DNA from: the human T2T-CHM13v2.0 reference genome, Homo sapiens
Strand: one strand, 5' to 3'
Length of the DNA stretch: 64,000 nt
NCBI RefSeq assembly: GCF_009914755.1
Contig: NC_060946.1
Part shown: piece by piece, positions 63,781 to 64,000 of the stretch
Numbering within the stretch: the first letter of the stretch is position 1
How the letters are laid out: each line of letters begins with the position of its first letter
Made by a program: the position numbers and the translations under genes
Notes under the pieces: generated by a model
What the model saw: only the letters and a program-made list of their open reading frames with translations
What the model was told of the DNA's origin: nothing
The model's database searches: none

Positions 63781-64000
63781 ATAGTGAGTCTTAAAGCACC
63801 CACCAACCAATACCACCTGGTTTACCCAAACAATTCAGGCATCTTAACAGTGTCACACAGAGACATAAACAATAATACAGTATAATAGTATCACTCACCA
63901 TATGGTCACTTGTTTCAAGGTTAATGTTAGAATAACATGAGTCCATGAAAATAAGACCTTGTTTTCTGTTTACAGTAATACAGACTAAATAACTGCACAA

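Overview
Human (primate) genomic DNA lying entirely within the minus-strand gene TCF20 (SPBP; RAI1 paralogue, 22q13.2 from prior knowledge). The window holds the giant first coding exon (33154-38844, 5691 nt, ATG at 38808, codons 1-1885), a ~30 kb intron, and the next 94-nt exon (3107-3200), which continues the C-terminal extended PHD finger. Bases 38845-64000 are the upstream intron, and the remaining 3' exons lie left of base 1. The introns are dense with repeats: about 47 Alus (one a very young AluYb7/8), L1/HAL1, L2, MIR, MER21/MST/MLT/ERVL LTRs, MER2, a Tigger3-type element and a near-full-length Tigger1. Nearly all short ORFs in the track are repeat-derived or shadows of the TCF20 CDS. 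The most notable observation is that the whole 5691-nt exon is a multiple of 3, stop-free from first to last base and bracketed by inverted Alus, so back-splicing would give a circRNA with an endless reading frame. Also noted: a candidate intronic polyadenylation isoform, two DNA/RNA hairpins, and an intronic ETS/NF-Y/E2F motif cluster. Repeat boundaries and subfamily names were assigned by eye and are approximate.
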